Below are positions 12,171 to 24,979 of a stretch of DNA of 64,000 nt, piece by piece. The translations under genes were made by a program, and so were the position numbers. The notes under the pieces were generated by a model. That model did no database searches and was not told the DNA's origin. It saw nothing but the letters and a program-made list of their open reading frames with translations. Source of the DNA: Octopus vulgaris (lineage: Eukaryota); contig OX597819.1 in the NCBI GenBank assembly GCA_951406725.2, positions 1,178,001 through 1,242,000 of the forward strand. The letters are read 5' to 3'. Numbering within the stretch: position 1 is the stretch's first letter; every line of letters starts with the position of its first letter.

Positions 12171-15100
12171 AATGTGTAACTATAATGCATTACAAAAAAT
12201 ATTTTTCACATAATAAACAACAAAATTAAATTAGAGTTTACAAATTATTTCACAATTTTAATGAGACAATTTATTGACACATATCAAAGCGATTATTAGA
12301 AAAATAAATAACATTGACATTTTACATAGATAGGTGAGGAGTATTTACTGAATCACAATAGTTTCAAATAGCAATTCTGACATCTGTGAATATAAGAACA
12401 ATGCCTGATTTAAGTAGACAAAAATATCAAAACAAAGGTAGCACCAACTAGCAGTGTGATTCTTTTCAGTATATATTAATAACAAAATTACATTGAAAAT
12501 AAAGATAAAGTTTTAATGAAATAACAATAATGATGAGGAGTTACTTTTAGAAAATGAAATTAAAAACCATGATACATGCATGAGTGTTTAAATAACTCAA
12601 TGAAGCTCAGATAACCTATAAATAAACCAGAGCCATTCTCAGGATGATCCAAGCTTACAAGTTTTATTTCTAAGCTACTAAGGAGAAAATTAAGTGTAAA
12701 TTTTAACACAAAGCATTCTTATTTTATTATTTAACATTTTCTCAATTGACAACTGCTTTACCTATAGCATTTGCTGCTATAGAAGAAATTACTCTCATCT
12801 CCAAAATAAAAATGAGGTTCTATTGAAACTGAAAAGAACATTTCCATACTAAAACTCAACCACAATTGAACAATATCTGAAGTTACTAATTCAGGTAATT
12901 GTCTTGATTCATCTGAACTTTCTGTATCCTATTTATAAATCATATTCATCATAATTACTTTGAAAGCTTTAGGCTTCATTGCTACACTTTTCTGTACCTC
13001 TAGCATTATATAAAATGTGCCTGAACTAGAGATCCTTGGGATGGGAAACAACTGAAACGGTAAATATTTATTCACTTCCTTCATTGATCAGGTTAAAATC
13101 ATCATCATCATCATCATCGTTTAGCGTCCGTTTTCCATGCTAGCATGGGTTGGACGGTTCTACTGGGGTCTGTGAAGCCAGAAGGCTTCATCAGGCCCAG
13201 TCAAATCTGGCAGATATTTTTAGATATAGCTTAATGATTCTATAAAGATTAAAGGTAAAGTTAACTCTAAGAACAAAAAGTCACAAAGCTAAATACTCTG
13301 TTATAGCAAGATCCACAGCACTTCATAAGAAATCATTTCTAATGATATGATAATGAGAGTTTTCTATCATAAAGCACGAGGACTGAAATTTTGAGAGGAA
13401 GGTTTAATCAACTGCACAGAACCCAATACTTGACTGATGCAGGGTTCTACCACAGCACTTTCTCTTCACTGTTCTACCAATTTTGTCAATCCAATGCCCT
13501 AATAATAATAATAATAATAATTTGAAAAGAAACTCATTTATTTAGAAGTGATACATCTATTTTGAATACCTAATTCAGTGCTCAGAGTAGAGTCTAAAAT
13601 ATATCAGAAACACATACATATGAAATACACATTTAAATCATTGTATACTCGAAAGGAATTCTGACGTTGAAGAAGTTTGTGCAATGTCTGTCTGATTTGC
13701 CCTATAGTCACTACATAAAGTTTTCAAGTAGTACCTCTATAATGTGATGCATAAAAAGACTCCTGTATATGTATGCACGCACACAGACACACCATCATCC
13801 TTATTTTTCATGGCCATTCTTCACTGGTGAAATGTGCTTTGTACACACAGTCAATTAAATATTTTATTTAAAAAGTATGCAGGTACCTTCATTACATTGT
13901 GATTTCCCCCACTCCTGAAGAATGTTTAGAATGGTTGGCAATGTTCTTTAGATTGTTTTAGCCATCACAGGTAAAACAATGCTGGAATATTACCTTCATG
14001 TGTGTAAATCTTCAGCATTTCAATACCAGAATGCAGGGTCTAAATACTGTATTTGCTTAGGTGTGTTAATATAATCAAAAACTGCATAATCTGGCAGAAA
14101 AACAATTCCATTTAATTATAATTACCAGAAATTGAGGGGACTATCAGTGATGAAGTACACCACAGCTAGAGGGAACAAAGTAAACATGAAAAAAGAGGTA
14201 TACTAAGTATGTGGTGGTATGTGGCTTAGTGGTTGGGGTGTTGCACTCGTGATCATGAGATTGTGGTTTCAATTCCTGCAATGTGTTCTTAAGCAAAACA
14301 CTTCATTTCACATAGCACCAGTCCACTCAGCTGGCAAAATTGAGTAATCTTGTGACAGACTAGTGTCCAGTAGGGAAATATGCCATAGAAACTAGCTTAA
14401 TGAACCTATGGCTTGAGATGGACCATTGATCCTTAATTTTTTTTTTTTTTTTTATACAAAGTGACTATGAGGAGAACAAGGGTTAAGTTTGAGTGGTTAG
14501 AAAATAAACCAGTACACAAGCAGCAAAAAAAGAAAGTATTCTATTTGTGGCCACCTTCAAACTCATTTTAAATTTGTATTCATTTCATTATTTGACTTTA
14601 CGTTTATTTATGGATGATAATAGTGAGTCTCAAAGCAACACTAGCTTGTCTCCAGCTACAAGCACTGTCATTTCAAAAAGTCTGAAACAAGCAAGTGAGG
14701 GACACACAAGAAGTTTGCACTTGAAACTTATACACAGGTACTGTCTGCTACTGAATGAGATATGAAATCTATTATTGCTACACATGGGGTTAAGAAAACA
14801 ACAGCATATAATTGGCTTTGCAGTGATTGTGCATCACATTTGTCCATGACAAAGAATACAGAACATGAATATAGTGAGTCACTAGTTAAATGGTTAAACA
14901 AATGGTCACAATGTTGAAGAATCTTTGTGAAAATTTACATTCACCATAAGGATTGATAAAAGAAATTATTTTACTGATGTAAATGCATTTCAGTCAGAGT
15001 AACTGTTTTGTATTTCCAAAACAGTTGGTTTCCATACACTATGAAAAAAGTGCTGCCAGAGAAAATTAAATTCTAATCTACAACTCATTAAATTAATGTA

Positions 15101-16747
15101 TCAGAAGTATTGTTTAATGGCATAACTTAATCAGAAAAAAGACTAATTTGCTTCAAGATTAGTTTAATTTGTTTCGCGATTATTTTAATTTGATCCAAAA
15201 TTATTCTAATTTGTACTTGAAAAGGCATAGTTTTGTTTCACTCTTCAGCAATACTGCACTCACAGAAATATAGACAACTATCACAAGCCAAAAAGCAGCA
15301 TACAAATATTGGTAAACCACATAGAATATTACTCTTGGCATGAGAAAGTAAAAATAAATATTATTTTTCTTCAGAGTTTAGAAATTTGTATGAGAAAAGT
15401 ATTTGGTCAATTATTTATGCAAATGTTTAAATTTATAAAACCTAAATTTTGCTAGCATAGAAAAAATGCATGTAAAAAATATTTGATTTTGAAAAAATGC
15501 TGACGTAACACAGAAAAAAAACTTCAATATTTTGTTACTGTTAATACAGTTTACATAGTAACTTATGGTGAGTAAAATATTATTATTTTAAATCTTGTAT
15601 ACAAAGTAATTAAATATGAAAAAAACTGTTTTGTGGTTATTATGTAATTTATTCATAAGCAATTATTACAACAGAAATGAAAGTTTTTCACGTTCATCAT
15701 AACTTTCTATTCAGTGTTTAAATTAACAGATAGTATTTTTTTTATTTATTACTCATTCACATTTACAGAAATATTTCAAATACTTCTGCTTGCTTTCTTT
15801 ATTCCTAATTCAAGAATGAAAAAAATGCTTCATTTTTTAAGTAAACAGAAAATATAGATTAACACAAAAAAGTAAATTTTTATATCTAACTTTGCAATTT
15901 TCCATCAAGTTCTGTTGAGATTAATCAAGTTCTATTTTCTTTTACTTCTATTATTATGAGTGGGGACATACTATACTAAAAGTAACAAAAATATATGAAA
16001 ACAAACCTATTATTTAAAATAGTAGGTTATACTTTATGAAATTATGAAATATCTCAAGAAAAATGGTGCAATATTTTGAAATTATTAGAAAAACATCAGT
16101 AATAAAATTCCAGTTAAATAAAATGTTCACAATGGAGAAATAGAATACATTTTTGTTTGCTACCTTCATTATTCTTGTTAACAAGAATAATGAAAATAGC
16201 AAGCAAAAATATTTTTTATGTTCTAGAACAACACCTTTTTTGTTACCAAAATCTTTAAAAGCAATATCAATGGCTTTAAGGCATAGATTTGCATTCAAGT
16301 TTGCTAAATAATGGTGTATTCTGCAAACATATCATATATGTTTTATCAAGTAGCTTCCAATAATTCAAAACATTAAATAGTACACAGGAAAAGAAAAAGT
16401 TCTTCTTTCAGAAAATAAGAACCGTACCAGAGCAAGTTACTAAGCATTTTTATAACAATTCAAAAACTTAATGACTTTTAAACATAAAATGTTATTTCCA
16501 ATGCAAGATTCAGTATGATTTAAATGATATTGATGATGTTAAACAATCTGTTGGAATTGTATTTGAAGGAACTCAGAATTACCCTAAGGAGAGAGAGATT
16601 TCATTTCCTTTTTGACATGCACATAGACAAACATATTAGTCACAAATAGTTAAGATAAAAAAAAAAAACAGATTGCTTAAAAGCATATTAATAGTTAGAA
16701 AACTATTAAAATTCCTCACACAATTGATAAAAAGAGAAACAATATAT

Positions 16748-17740
16748 TTAAAATATCTGGCCATTGGTCTGCACACATAAATGCTGAGATAAATGGTTTG
16801 AACAGGAAAATGTTTTGCCACAGTGCTGGCAACCGGCTTTCTCTTCCGCATGTACCCGAGAATGTTCCCGAAGTCCACGAGAACGAGTGAAACACTTGCC
16901 ACAGCATTCACATTTGTATGGTTTCTCAGCCGTGTGTATTCTAATATGTTCTTTGAGGCTGCTAGATCTGAGAAATGCCTTCTGGCAATGCTGACACTTG
17001 AAAAGTTTTTCGTCTGTATGAATGCGAGTATGTCGTGTTAAATCCCAAGAGTTCAAAAAGGCTTTATTGCAATGTATACATGCATAAGGTTTGATTCCAG
17101 CATGCATACGCAAGTGAGATGCGAGCCGACTCGGCCGTGTGAAAGATTTAACACAATAGACACACTTGAATGTTTTTACTGTTGTGTGAATTTTTAAATG
17201 TTCTTTTAAACTACTTAGTCGTGTAAAAGCTTTAGTACAAAAAGTACAGATATGTTTTTTTTCACCGGTGTGAATTTTTACATGCCGTGAAAGTTCCCAG
17301 GAATTAAAAAATGCTTTCACACAGTGATCACATTTAAAAGTTTTGATGCCAGAGTGTATTTTCAGATGTGCATTTAAATGGCTTGTGCGTGAGAAAGCTT
17401 TTGTGCAAAGTTCACAGGAATATGGCTTCTCTTTTGTGTGCACAGCCATATGTTCTGTAAGACTGGTTGACCGTAAAAAAGATTTTTCACAAAGTTCACA
17501 ACGAAATTTTCTCTCTCCTGTGTGTATTTTCATGTGTCGGGTAAGATCCCAAGAGTTGTAGAATGCTTTCTCACACAGAGTACATTTGTGAGATTTTTCT
17601 CCAGAGTGAGTTTTCACATGCCGTAGTAAATGCGCTGAACAAGAGTAAGACTTCTCACAGAAGTTGCACTTGAATGGCTTTTCTATTTGATGCATGTCTG
17701 AATTTTTCATATGATCAACCCTACCAATGTATTTATTCAT
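16748..17740 (-). CDS. C2H2 zinc-finger protein, 330 aa, single coding exon; 10 intact fingers plus 1 degenerate, no visible effector domain
   Basis: Uninterrupted CxxC-x12-HxxxH array with TGEK-like linkers; a strong polypyrimidine/CAG acceptor upstream (exon starting at 17935) implies spliced 5'UTR exons. Confidence 0.93.
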   Translation of the reverse strand: MNKYIGRVDHMKNSDMHQIEKPFKCNFCEKSYSCSAHLLRHVKTHSGEKSHKCTLCEKAFYNSWDLTRHMKIHTGERKFRCELCEKSFLRSTSLTEHMAVHTKEKPYSCELCTKAFSRTSHLNAHLKIHSGIKTFKCDHCVKAFFNSWELSRHVKIHTGEKKHICTFCTKAFTRLSSLKEHLKIHTTVKTFKCVYCVKSFTRPSRLASHLRMHAGIKPYACIHCNKAFLNSWDLTRHTRIHTDEKLFKCQHCQKAFLRSSSLKEHIRIHTAEKPYKCECCGKCFTRSRGLREHSRVHAEEKAGCQHCGKTFSCSNHLSQHLCVQTNGQIF

Positions 17741-19107
17741 AATAAATAAATTACGTAAACTTCTTTAATATTTCACTAATAGAAAATAATCATCAGGTTT
17801 CGTTTGAGCTTCACTACATAAGCCTTAAGATTTTCCAAATGTGAATAAAGATAAACAAGAATAATTCCCCTGATACGATGTTCAGTTGGTCATTTCCAAG
17901 TCAGATAAAGACAATAGAGCAATAAATTTTCAAATCTGAAAAACCAAAAATAGAAAAAGAAATTCAAGTCAGAAGTCAAATATAAATAACAACAGCAAAT
18001 AAGTTATATGTATCTTCAAAACCTTTCTTTATAAATAATGTATAGAAATAGTGTTACACTTGGAGATGGTCATATTATGCCAGTTAAACACACACACTAT
18101 ATATTTGGTCTTCATTTCAGTTTTATCATTATTATTATTATTTTAGTTTCTTTTGTCACACATCCTGTGGCCTCTTCAGTGGCTCTCTATCCCACGTGTC
18201 TGCCTCTTGTTCTGCTTATGCCAACACTACAATCTATTTCCTAAATGGAATAAGCAGAACAAGAGGAGGTACATGGGTCAGAGAGTCAGTGAAGAGGTCA
18301 CAGGATGTGTGACAAAAGAGCTTTGACAAAGAAACAAAAATAGCAACAATAAAGATGAAGCAAAGACTAAATATATAGCGCATGTTTTTAATTAATAAAA
18401 TACGAACATCCCCAAATATAATTATGTCTGTTTCAACACTTGATTTCAGATCAAGAATCTTGCAAAACAAATACATAAACATAAAAATGTAAATAAAGAT
18501 TTCTTGAAAAAAATTATTCTCGTTTCAGTTGTTGCTCCACTGGAGAGTTTGAAAATGAAATCACTAAAACCATTCAAACAGAATCATTTCTATGGAAGTA
18601 AGGCGTTAACGCTACCTTTCCCTGCAGAGCTCCATCCTATGACTGCCATATCTCATTCTTAACATGGCCTCATATCACCATTGATTCTCCTCTCCTATCT
18701 TTGTTTGCTGCTATCTCCATCCCTACATACCTCTGATCTCCATCTCTATCACTGTATGTCCCCCCACCCAACACTCCTTCTTTAGCTATCTACCCATTCC
18801 CCACACACATACACTCACATCATCTCCCTTTTTCTTATCTATCTACAGTTAGATACAGTTCTCAACCAGGGTCCATATGACCCCTGGAGGTCTGTGCAAG
18901 CAAAATAGTAAACTGGGCATCCACAGCAGCACTTCACAAGTCCATGAAAAACTTGCAAGAAACTAAATTCCTTTCACTAACACATAACAAAGTTCAACAT
19001 AATAGTATGTAAAACTAGCAGAGGAGCATCAACCACAAGGCTTACACTGAAGCACTAAAGTACTATCTTTTTGCAAATAAATATGACCTTGTATACTGAC
19101 CACACAG

Positions 19108-19712
19108 GCACAGGTGTGGCTGTGTGATAAGAAGTTTGCTTCCCAACCACATGGTTCCAGGTTCAGTCTCACTGCATGGCACCATGGGCAAGTGCTTTCA
19201 AACTATAGCCTCAGGCTGACCAAAGCATTCTGAGTAGATTTGGTATACAAATACTGAAAAAGCTTGTTATATGTGTGTGTGTGTGTCTTGGTGTCACTGA
19301 AAAAGAAGTAATTTCTACTCTTCTCCTCTGGAAGCCATCTACTCGCAATACCAGAGGGTGCACACTCTCCTACCCTGATGTAATCTCTAGGGATACAGGC
19401 ATCCAGCAACAGGACCTCCGTAATGCCATGATGGACCGTGAAGTCTGGCGTAGCATGGTAAATTCCATTGTCTCACCACGGTCAAACAATGATGATGATG
19501 ATGATGGAGTCACTGTGTGCCCCCATCACCACTTGACAACTGGTGTTGGTGTGTTTATGTCCTTGTAACTTAGAGGTTTGGCAAAAGAGACTAATGGAAT
19601 AAATACTAGGCTTAAAAAATAAGCCTTGGAGTTGATTAGTTTGACTAAAAAAACACTTCAAAAACACAGCATGGCTGCAGTCAAATGAGTGAAACAAGTA
19701 AAAAAAATAAAA
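19108..19712 (+). mobile_element. tRNA-derived SINE family 1, interrupted by a LINE fragment
   Basis: Head at 19108-19270; tail at 19516-19712. Confidence 0.8.
19300..19508 (+). mobile_element. 3' fragment of an RTE-type LINE with (GAT)n tail
   Basis: EVISTLLLWKPS...DLRNAMMDREVWRSMVNSI; flanked by a GTCACTG duplication at 19293-19299 and 19509-19515. Confidence 0.75.
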
Positions 19713-19934
19713 GAATTCATTTTTCCATAGAATTTAGTCAATTGTTAAAAGTTGTGTGTAATATATTGGTTGTTCTAAAAACACAAAATATTTTAATAAA
19801 TTCATAATAATATTTAATTATAAAAAAACAAAAAAGAATTTTTAAACGTTGAATGGTTATGGGGCAGGGTCCACCAGGTAAATCAAAGGGGTCCAAAGGT
19901 AAAAATGGCTGACAACCACTGGTTTCATTAATTC

Positions 19935-20203
19935 AGCTCCTTTCCAACCTTTTTAATCCACCACTCATTGTCTCCTCTTCCCTGAGCTCCTTTCCAACCT
20001 TTTAATCCACCACTCATTGTCTCCTCTTCCCTGAGCTCCTTTCCAACCTTTTTAATCCACCACTCATTGTCTCCTCTTCCCTGAGCTCCTTTCCAACCTT
20101 TTTAATCCACCACTCATTGTCTCCTCTTCCCTGAGCTCCTTTCCAACCTTTTTAATCCACCACTCATTGTCTCCTCTTCCCTGAGCTCCTTTCCAACCTT
20201 TTT
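19935..20203. repeat. Minisatellite, 50-bp unit, about 5.4 near-identical copies
   Basis: AGCTCCTTTCCAACCTTTTTAATCCACCACTCATTGTCTCCTCTTCCCTG starting at 19935, 19985, 20034, 20084, 20134, partial at 20184. Confidence 0.97.
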
Positions 20204-20377
20204 TCCCCTCCCTCCATATTCATATTTACTGCCAGCCATGTACGTTTCCACTCTTGATCATCAATTCACTACATTCACCTCCATCAATTCCCCCATCTCT
20301 AATCATCTGACCCTCACCTCTTGCAAACTTGCCAGTCCGCCCTCTATATAATGCAGGAGATATTTGCAAAGTGTTGT

Positions 20378-20730
20378 ATTACTCTTGAATACTGTCCTGA
20401 TGTCATATGGGTTGCATATCTTTCGTATCTTTTCGGAGAGGCCAATCCATTCCAATTATGAAGAAATGAGTGGATGAAACCAATAAACTGTTCACAGTCT
20501 GCCTACACTATGTAAAAGGCTTCTCCGAAAAGATACAAAAGATATGCAGCCCATATGACATCAGGATAGTAATCAAGAGTAAAAAACTGTCCGATGAACG
20601 GCAACGGGAAACTCAGAGTAACAGGTTTTGTTGAATTTTCTGCTGCTTTAAATAAAGCATATTACTCTACCACTGGTATTTGAGTACTCTTTTTTCCACC
20701 TTGTTTCACATTTATGTGTTTACTCCGGTA
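20378..20730 (+). mobile_element. Penelope-like element fragment with 5' inversion and degenerate hammerhead
   Basis: VCLHYVKGFSEKIQKICSPYDIRIVIKS resembles the PLE RT/GIY-YIG linker (LPYvkg.se.i.ri); about 20378-20442 is the inverse of 20518-20582; hammerhead-like core at 20587-20624. Confidence 0.7.
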
Positions 20731-20742
20731 TATGTATGTAAT

Positions 20743-20790
<48 letters not shown>

Positions 20791-21268
20791 GTATTTATAT
20801 ATATACATATATATATATATGTGTGTGTGTGTGTGTATATGTATGAGAATGTGTGTCTGTCTATCTGTCTGTGTGAATCCCTAAAACTTGAGAACTACAC
20901 AACCAATTTCATTCAAATTTTACACATGCCTTACTTAGAGTCCATGTAGTGTCATGGGCAAAAAAATATTTTAACTTCTTGCCTAGGGCGAGCCCACAGC
21001 AATATATCTTCTCCACTATTTCAGTATTATGTGTTAAAAGTGAAACAAAAACATCCCTCTATTGTAATGTCAGATACTTTCACTTTAATACTGAAACTAA
21101 TAACGTGAAACTATTATATAACAGGGATGAACCATTAACAGTGGACATCCATTTTGCTAGAAGAAGATCCACTATGGTCTTATATGCTACACCACTGGTT
21201 TTCAATTCATATTAATCAAATTAATATTCAATTTTTAACCCTTATTATTTTAAATTTAAATTTACATG

Positions 21269-21311
<43 letters not shown>

Positions 21312-21377
21312 ACATATATATGTATACATATAGATGTATATATATAGATGTATATATATATGTGGATATATATATAT

Positions 21378-23947
21378 GAGAGCCACTGACCAGATCTGTG
21401 GCTGGTGCAAAGTGCCCCTCTCAACCCAAAATAACGTGGTGGTGGTGGAACAATGTTGTAGGGCTATTAGAGAAAAGAGACAGGCTTGGAAGGACTGGAA
21501 GAATGGTAGTAGCAGGGAATTGTATCAGACTGCCAGAAGGGAAGCTAGGAGACAGGTTTATTTAGCCAGAGGGGAAGCAGATAAGAAAAAAATTGCTAAT
21601 GTTCTGCGCCATGAGGACCAAAGACTTGAGGTGTTTCGTGTTGCAAGACAGTGTGTGAGAGAGAATCGTGACGTGGTAGGAGAGAAATGTGTTCGCATGG
21701 ATGATGGCTCACTTGCGCTGAATGAGGATGCAAAGAGAGAGGTTTGGAGACGCCACTATGAAAGGCTGCTGAATAAGGAAAATGAATGGGATAAAGAGAG
21801 TCTGCCGAATGTCGACCCAACAGAGGGACCAGCTATCCGAATTGACAGTTCCTTAGTAGTTAAAGCGATTAGATGCATGAAGACAGTGAAAGCCCCAGGC
21901 CCATCAGAAATTACTGCAGAGATGCTTAAAATATCTAGTCACCCATATAGTTAACCAGGTGATACACGAAGGAGTCATACCCAATGACTGGTGTAGCAGC
22001 ATACTAGTCAACTGCTACAAAGGTAAAGGTGACGCTTTAATTACAGAGGTATCAAGCTATTGGATCAGGTAATGAAGGTTACGGAGAGGGTCATAGCCTA
22101 ACTGATTAGGGAGAGAGTCAGCTTGGATGAGATGCAGTTTGGTTTCGTGCCAAGGAAAAGCACCATCGATGCCATATTTCTGGTGAGACAGCTGCAGGAG
22201 AAATACCTAGCCAAAGATAAGCCCCTGTACCTGGCTTTCGTTGACATGGAGAAAGCCTTCGACAGGGTCCCCTGATCCCTTATCTGGTGGTCAATTAGGA
22301 AACTAGGGATAGATGAATGGTTAGTGAGAGCTGTGCAAGCCATGTACAGGGACGCTGTAAGTAAGGTGAGGGTTGGCAACGAGTACACTAAAGAATTCAG
22401 GATAGAGGTAGGGGTCCACAAAGATTCAGTCCTCAGCACCCTCCTAATTATCATAGTCCTCCAGGCAATAACGGAGGAATTCAAGACAGGATGCCCCTGG
22501 GAGCTCCTATATGCTGATGACCTTGCTCTAATTGCTGAATCACTATCAGAACTAGAGGCGAAGTTTCAAGTGTGGAGACAAGGATTAGAATCGAAGGGCC
22601 TTAAAATCAACCTAGCTAAAACCAAAGTCCTAATATGTAGGAAGGCAGGCAAATCACAAACGCCTTCAGGTAGGTGGCCCTGCTTGATCTGTAGAAAAGG
22701 CGTAGGTAGAAACTCTATAAGATGCACCAAGTGTAAGCTATGGACACATAAGAGGTGCAGCAATGTCAAAGGAAGGCTAACTGGGAAGATAGTTTTTGTA
22801 TGTGGCAGATGCTCAGGAGCAATAAACATTGAAAATGCTCAGGGACCAACTTCTGCCACATTCCAGGGAGAAAAACTAGAAATAGTTGATAGCTTCCGTT
22901 ACCTAGGTGACCAAGTCAGTAGCGGGGGTAGGTGTGCTGAAAGTGTAACTGCTAGAGTAAGAATAGCCTGGGCAAAGTTCAGAGAGCTCTTACCTCTGCT
23001 GGTGACAAAAGGCCTCTCGCTCAGAGTAAAAGGCAGACTGTATGATGCATGTGTACGAACAGCCATGCTACATGGCAGTGAAACATGGGCTGTGACTGCT
23101 GAGAATATGCGTAAGCTCGCAAGAAATGAAGCCAGTTTGCTCCGATGGATGTGTAATGTCAGTGTACATACTCGACAGAGCGTTAGTACCTTGAGAGAAA
23201 AGCTGGACCTAAGAAGCATCAGTTGTGGTGTGCAAGAGAGACGTTTGCGCTAGTATGGTCATGTGAGGAGAATGGATGAAGATAGTTGTGTGAAAAAGTG
23301 CCACACCCTAGCAGTTGAGGGAACCTGTGGACGACGTAGATCCATGAAAACCTGGGACGAGGTGGTGAAGCACGACCTTCGAACTTTAGGTCTCACTGAG
23401 GAAATTACCAGAAACCGAGACCTTTGGAAATATGCTGTGCGTGGGAAGACCCGACAGGACAAGTGAGACCATAACCCATGGCCTCTACCTGGGACGTAGC
23501 CAGTCCACTTATGCATACCTTTCCTTCTTGTGACACAAACCCTACTTGTGAAGACCTGTTGAGGCAAGTGAAAATCAAAAATCAAAAATCAAAATCGAAA
23601 TCGATCAACATCAATGGAAATTGTAGCTAGGATACCAGTGCCGGTGGCACGTAAGAGAACCTCTGAACGTGGCCGTTGCCAGTGCTGCCCCGACTGGCCT
23701 CCGTGCTGGTGGCACATAAAAAGCACCATCCGATTGTGACCGTTTGCCAGCCTCGTCTGGCACCTGTGCATGTGGCATGTAAAAAGCACCCACTACACTC
23801 ATGGAGTGGTTGGCGTTAGGAAGGGCATCCAGCTGTAGAAACACTGCCAGATCAGACTGGGCCTGGCGCAGCCTTCTGACTTCCCAGACCTCAGTTGAAC
23901 CGTCCAGCCCATGCTAACATGGAAAACGGACGTTAAACGATGATGAT
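21378..23947 (+). mobile_element. 5'-truncated RTE-clade LINE (RT + PHD finger + 3'UTR, (GAT)n tail), frameshifted
   Basis: KAPGPS, QFGFVP, AFVDMEKAFD, LLYADDLAL, FRYLG, HGSETW motifs; stops and frameshifts; (TA)n on both sides. Confidence 0.93.
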
Positions 23948-24098
23948 ATATATATACATACATGTATATATATGGATATATATATATATACATGTATGTG
24001 TAGATGCACATATATATATATAGATAGATAGATAGATGTACATGTAATATGTACACATATATACATGCATACATATATACACCCCCACACACATACAT

Positions 24099-24788
24099 AG
24101 GTGTAGGTGTTACTGTGTGGTAAGAAACTTTGTTCCAAAACACATGGTCCTCAGTTCAGTCCCACTGTGTGGCAACTTGGCATGTGTCTTCTGCTATAGC
24201 CTCAGACCAACCAAAGCCTTGTCAGTGGATTTTGTAGACAGAAACTGAAAGAAATCAATTGTATATATATTTATGTATATATGTAAGTCTATGTGTGTGT
24301 TTTTGTGTTTTTCCCTCATCCTGCTTCACAACTGGTGTTCGTTTATTTACATCACTATAACATACTGGTTTCACAAGAAGAAACTGATAGAATAAGTACC
24401 AGGCTTATCAACATAAAAAAAGCACTAGGCTGAGTCTCATATTTTTGTTTGCCCACTATCAATTTATCAATCTATCAATTTATTTTTGTGTGTGTGTGTG
24501 TGTATACATACATATATATATATGGATTTCGTAGACAGGAACTGAAACAAATCAATCGTATATATAAGTAAATCTATGTGTGTGTCTTTCTGTTTCTCCC
24601 TCATCACTGCTTCACAACTGCTGTTCATTTATTTACATCCCCATAACTTACTGGTTTCACAAGAACAAACTAATAGAATAAGTACCAGGCTTATCAACAT
24701 AAAAAAAAGCACTAGGCTGTGTCTCATATTTTTCTTTGCCCACTCAGTTGTATCTATCAATTTCTCTTTGTGTGTGTGTGTGTATCTA

Positions 24789-24790
<2 letters not shown>
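24099..24790 (+). mobile_element. SINE family 1 copy with a local tandem duplication of about 295 bp
   Basis: 24227-24457 is repeated with substitutions at 24523-24744. Confidence 0.8.
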
Positions 24791-24865
<75 letters not shown>

Positions 24866-24979
24866 CCTTTTCTTTTTTTATTTACAATGTGCATTTTCGT
24901 TGATTTTTCTTATTTTCCCCTTACATTTCCACGTGTATTTTAGATTTTCTTTCTGTAACATATTTCTACTATATATATA

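Larger units (their letters stand above)
18853..19921. mobile_element. hAT-like non-autonomous element hosting a nested SINE and LINE fragment
   Basis: Ends resemble CAGTGGTTCTCAACC-type TIRs (cagttctcaacc at 18856; ggctgacaaccactg ending 19921) with GGGGTCC subterminal motifs. Confidence 0.55.

Noticed and set aside
19935-20203. CRISPR-like array
   Set aside because: Head-to-tail identical units without spacers
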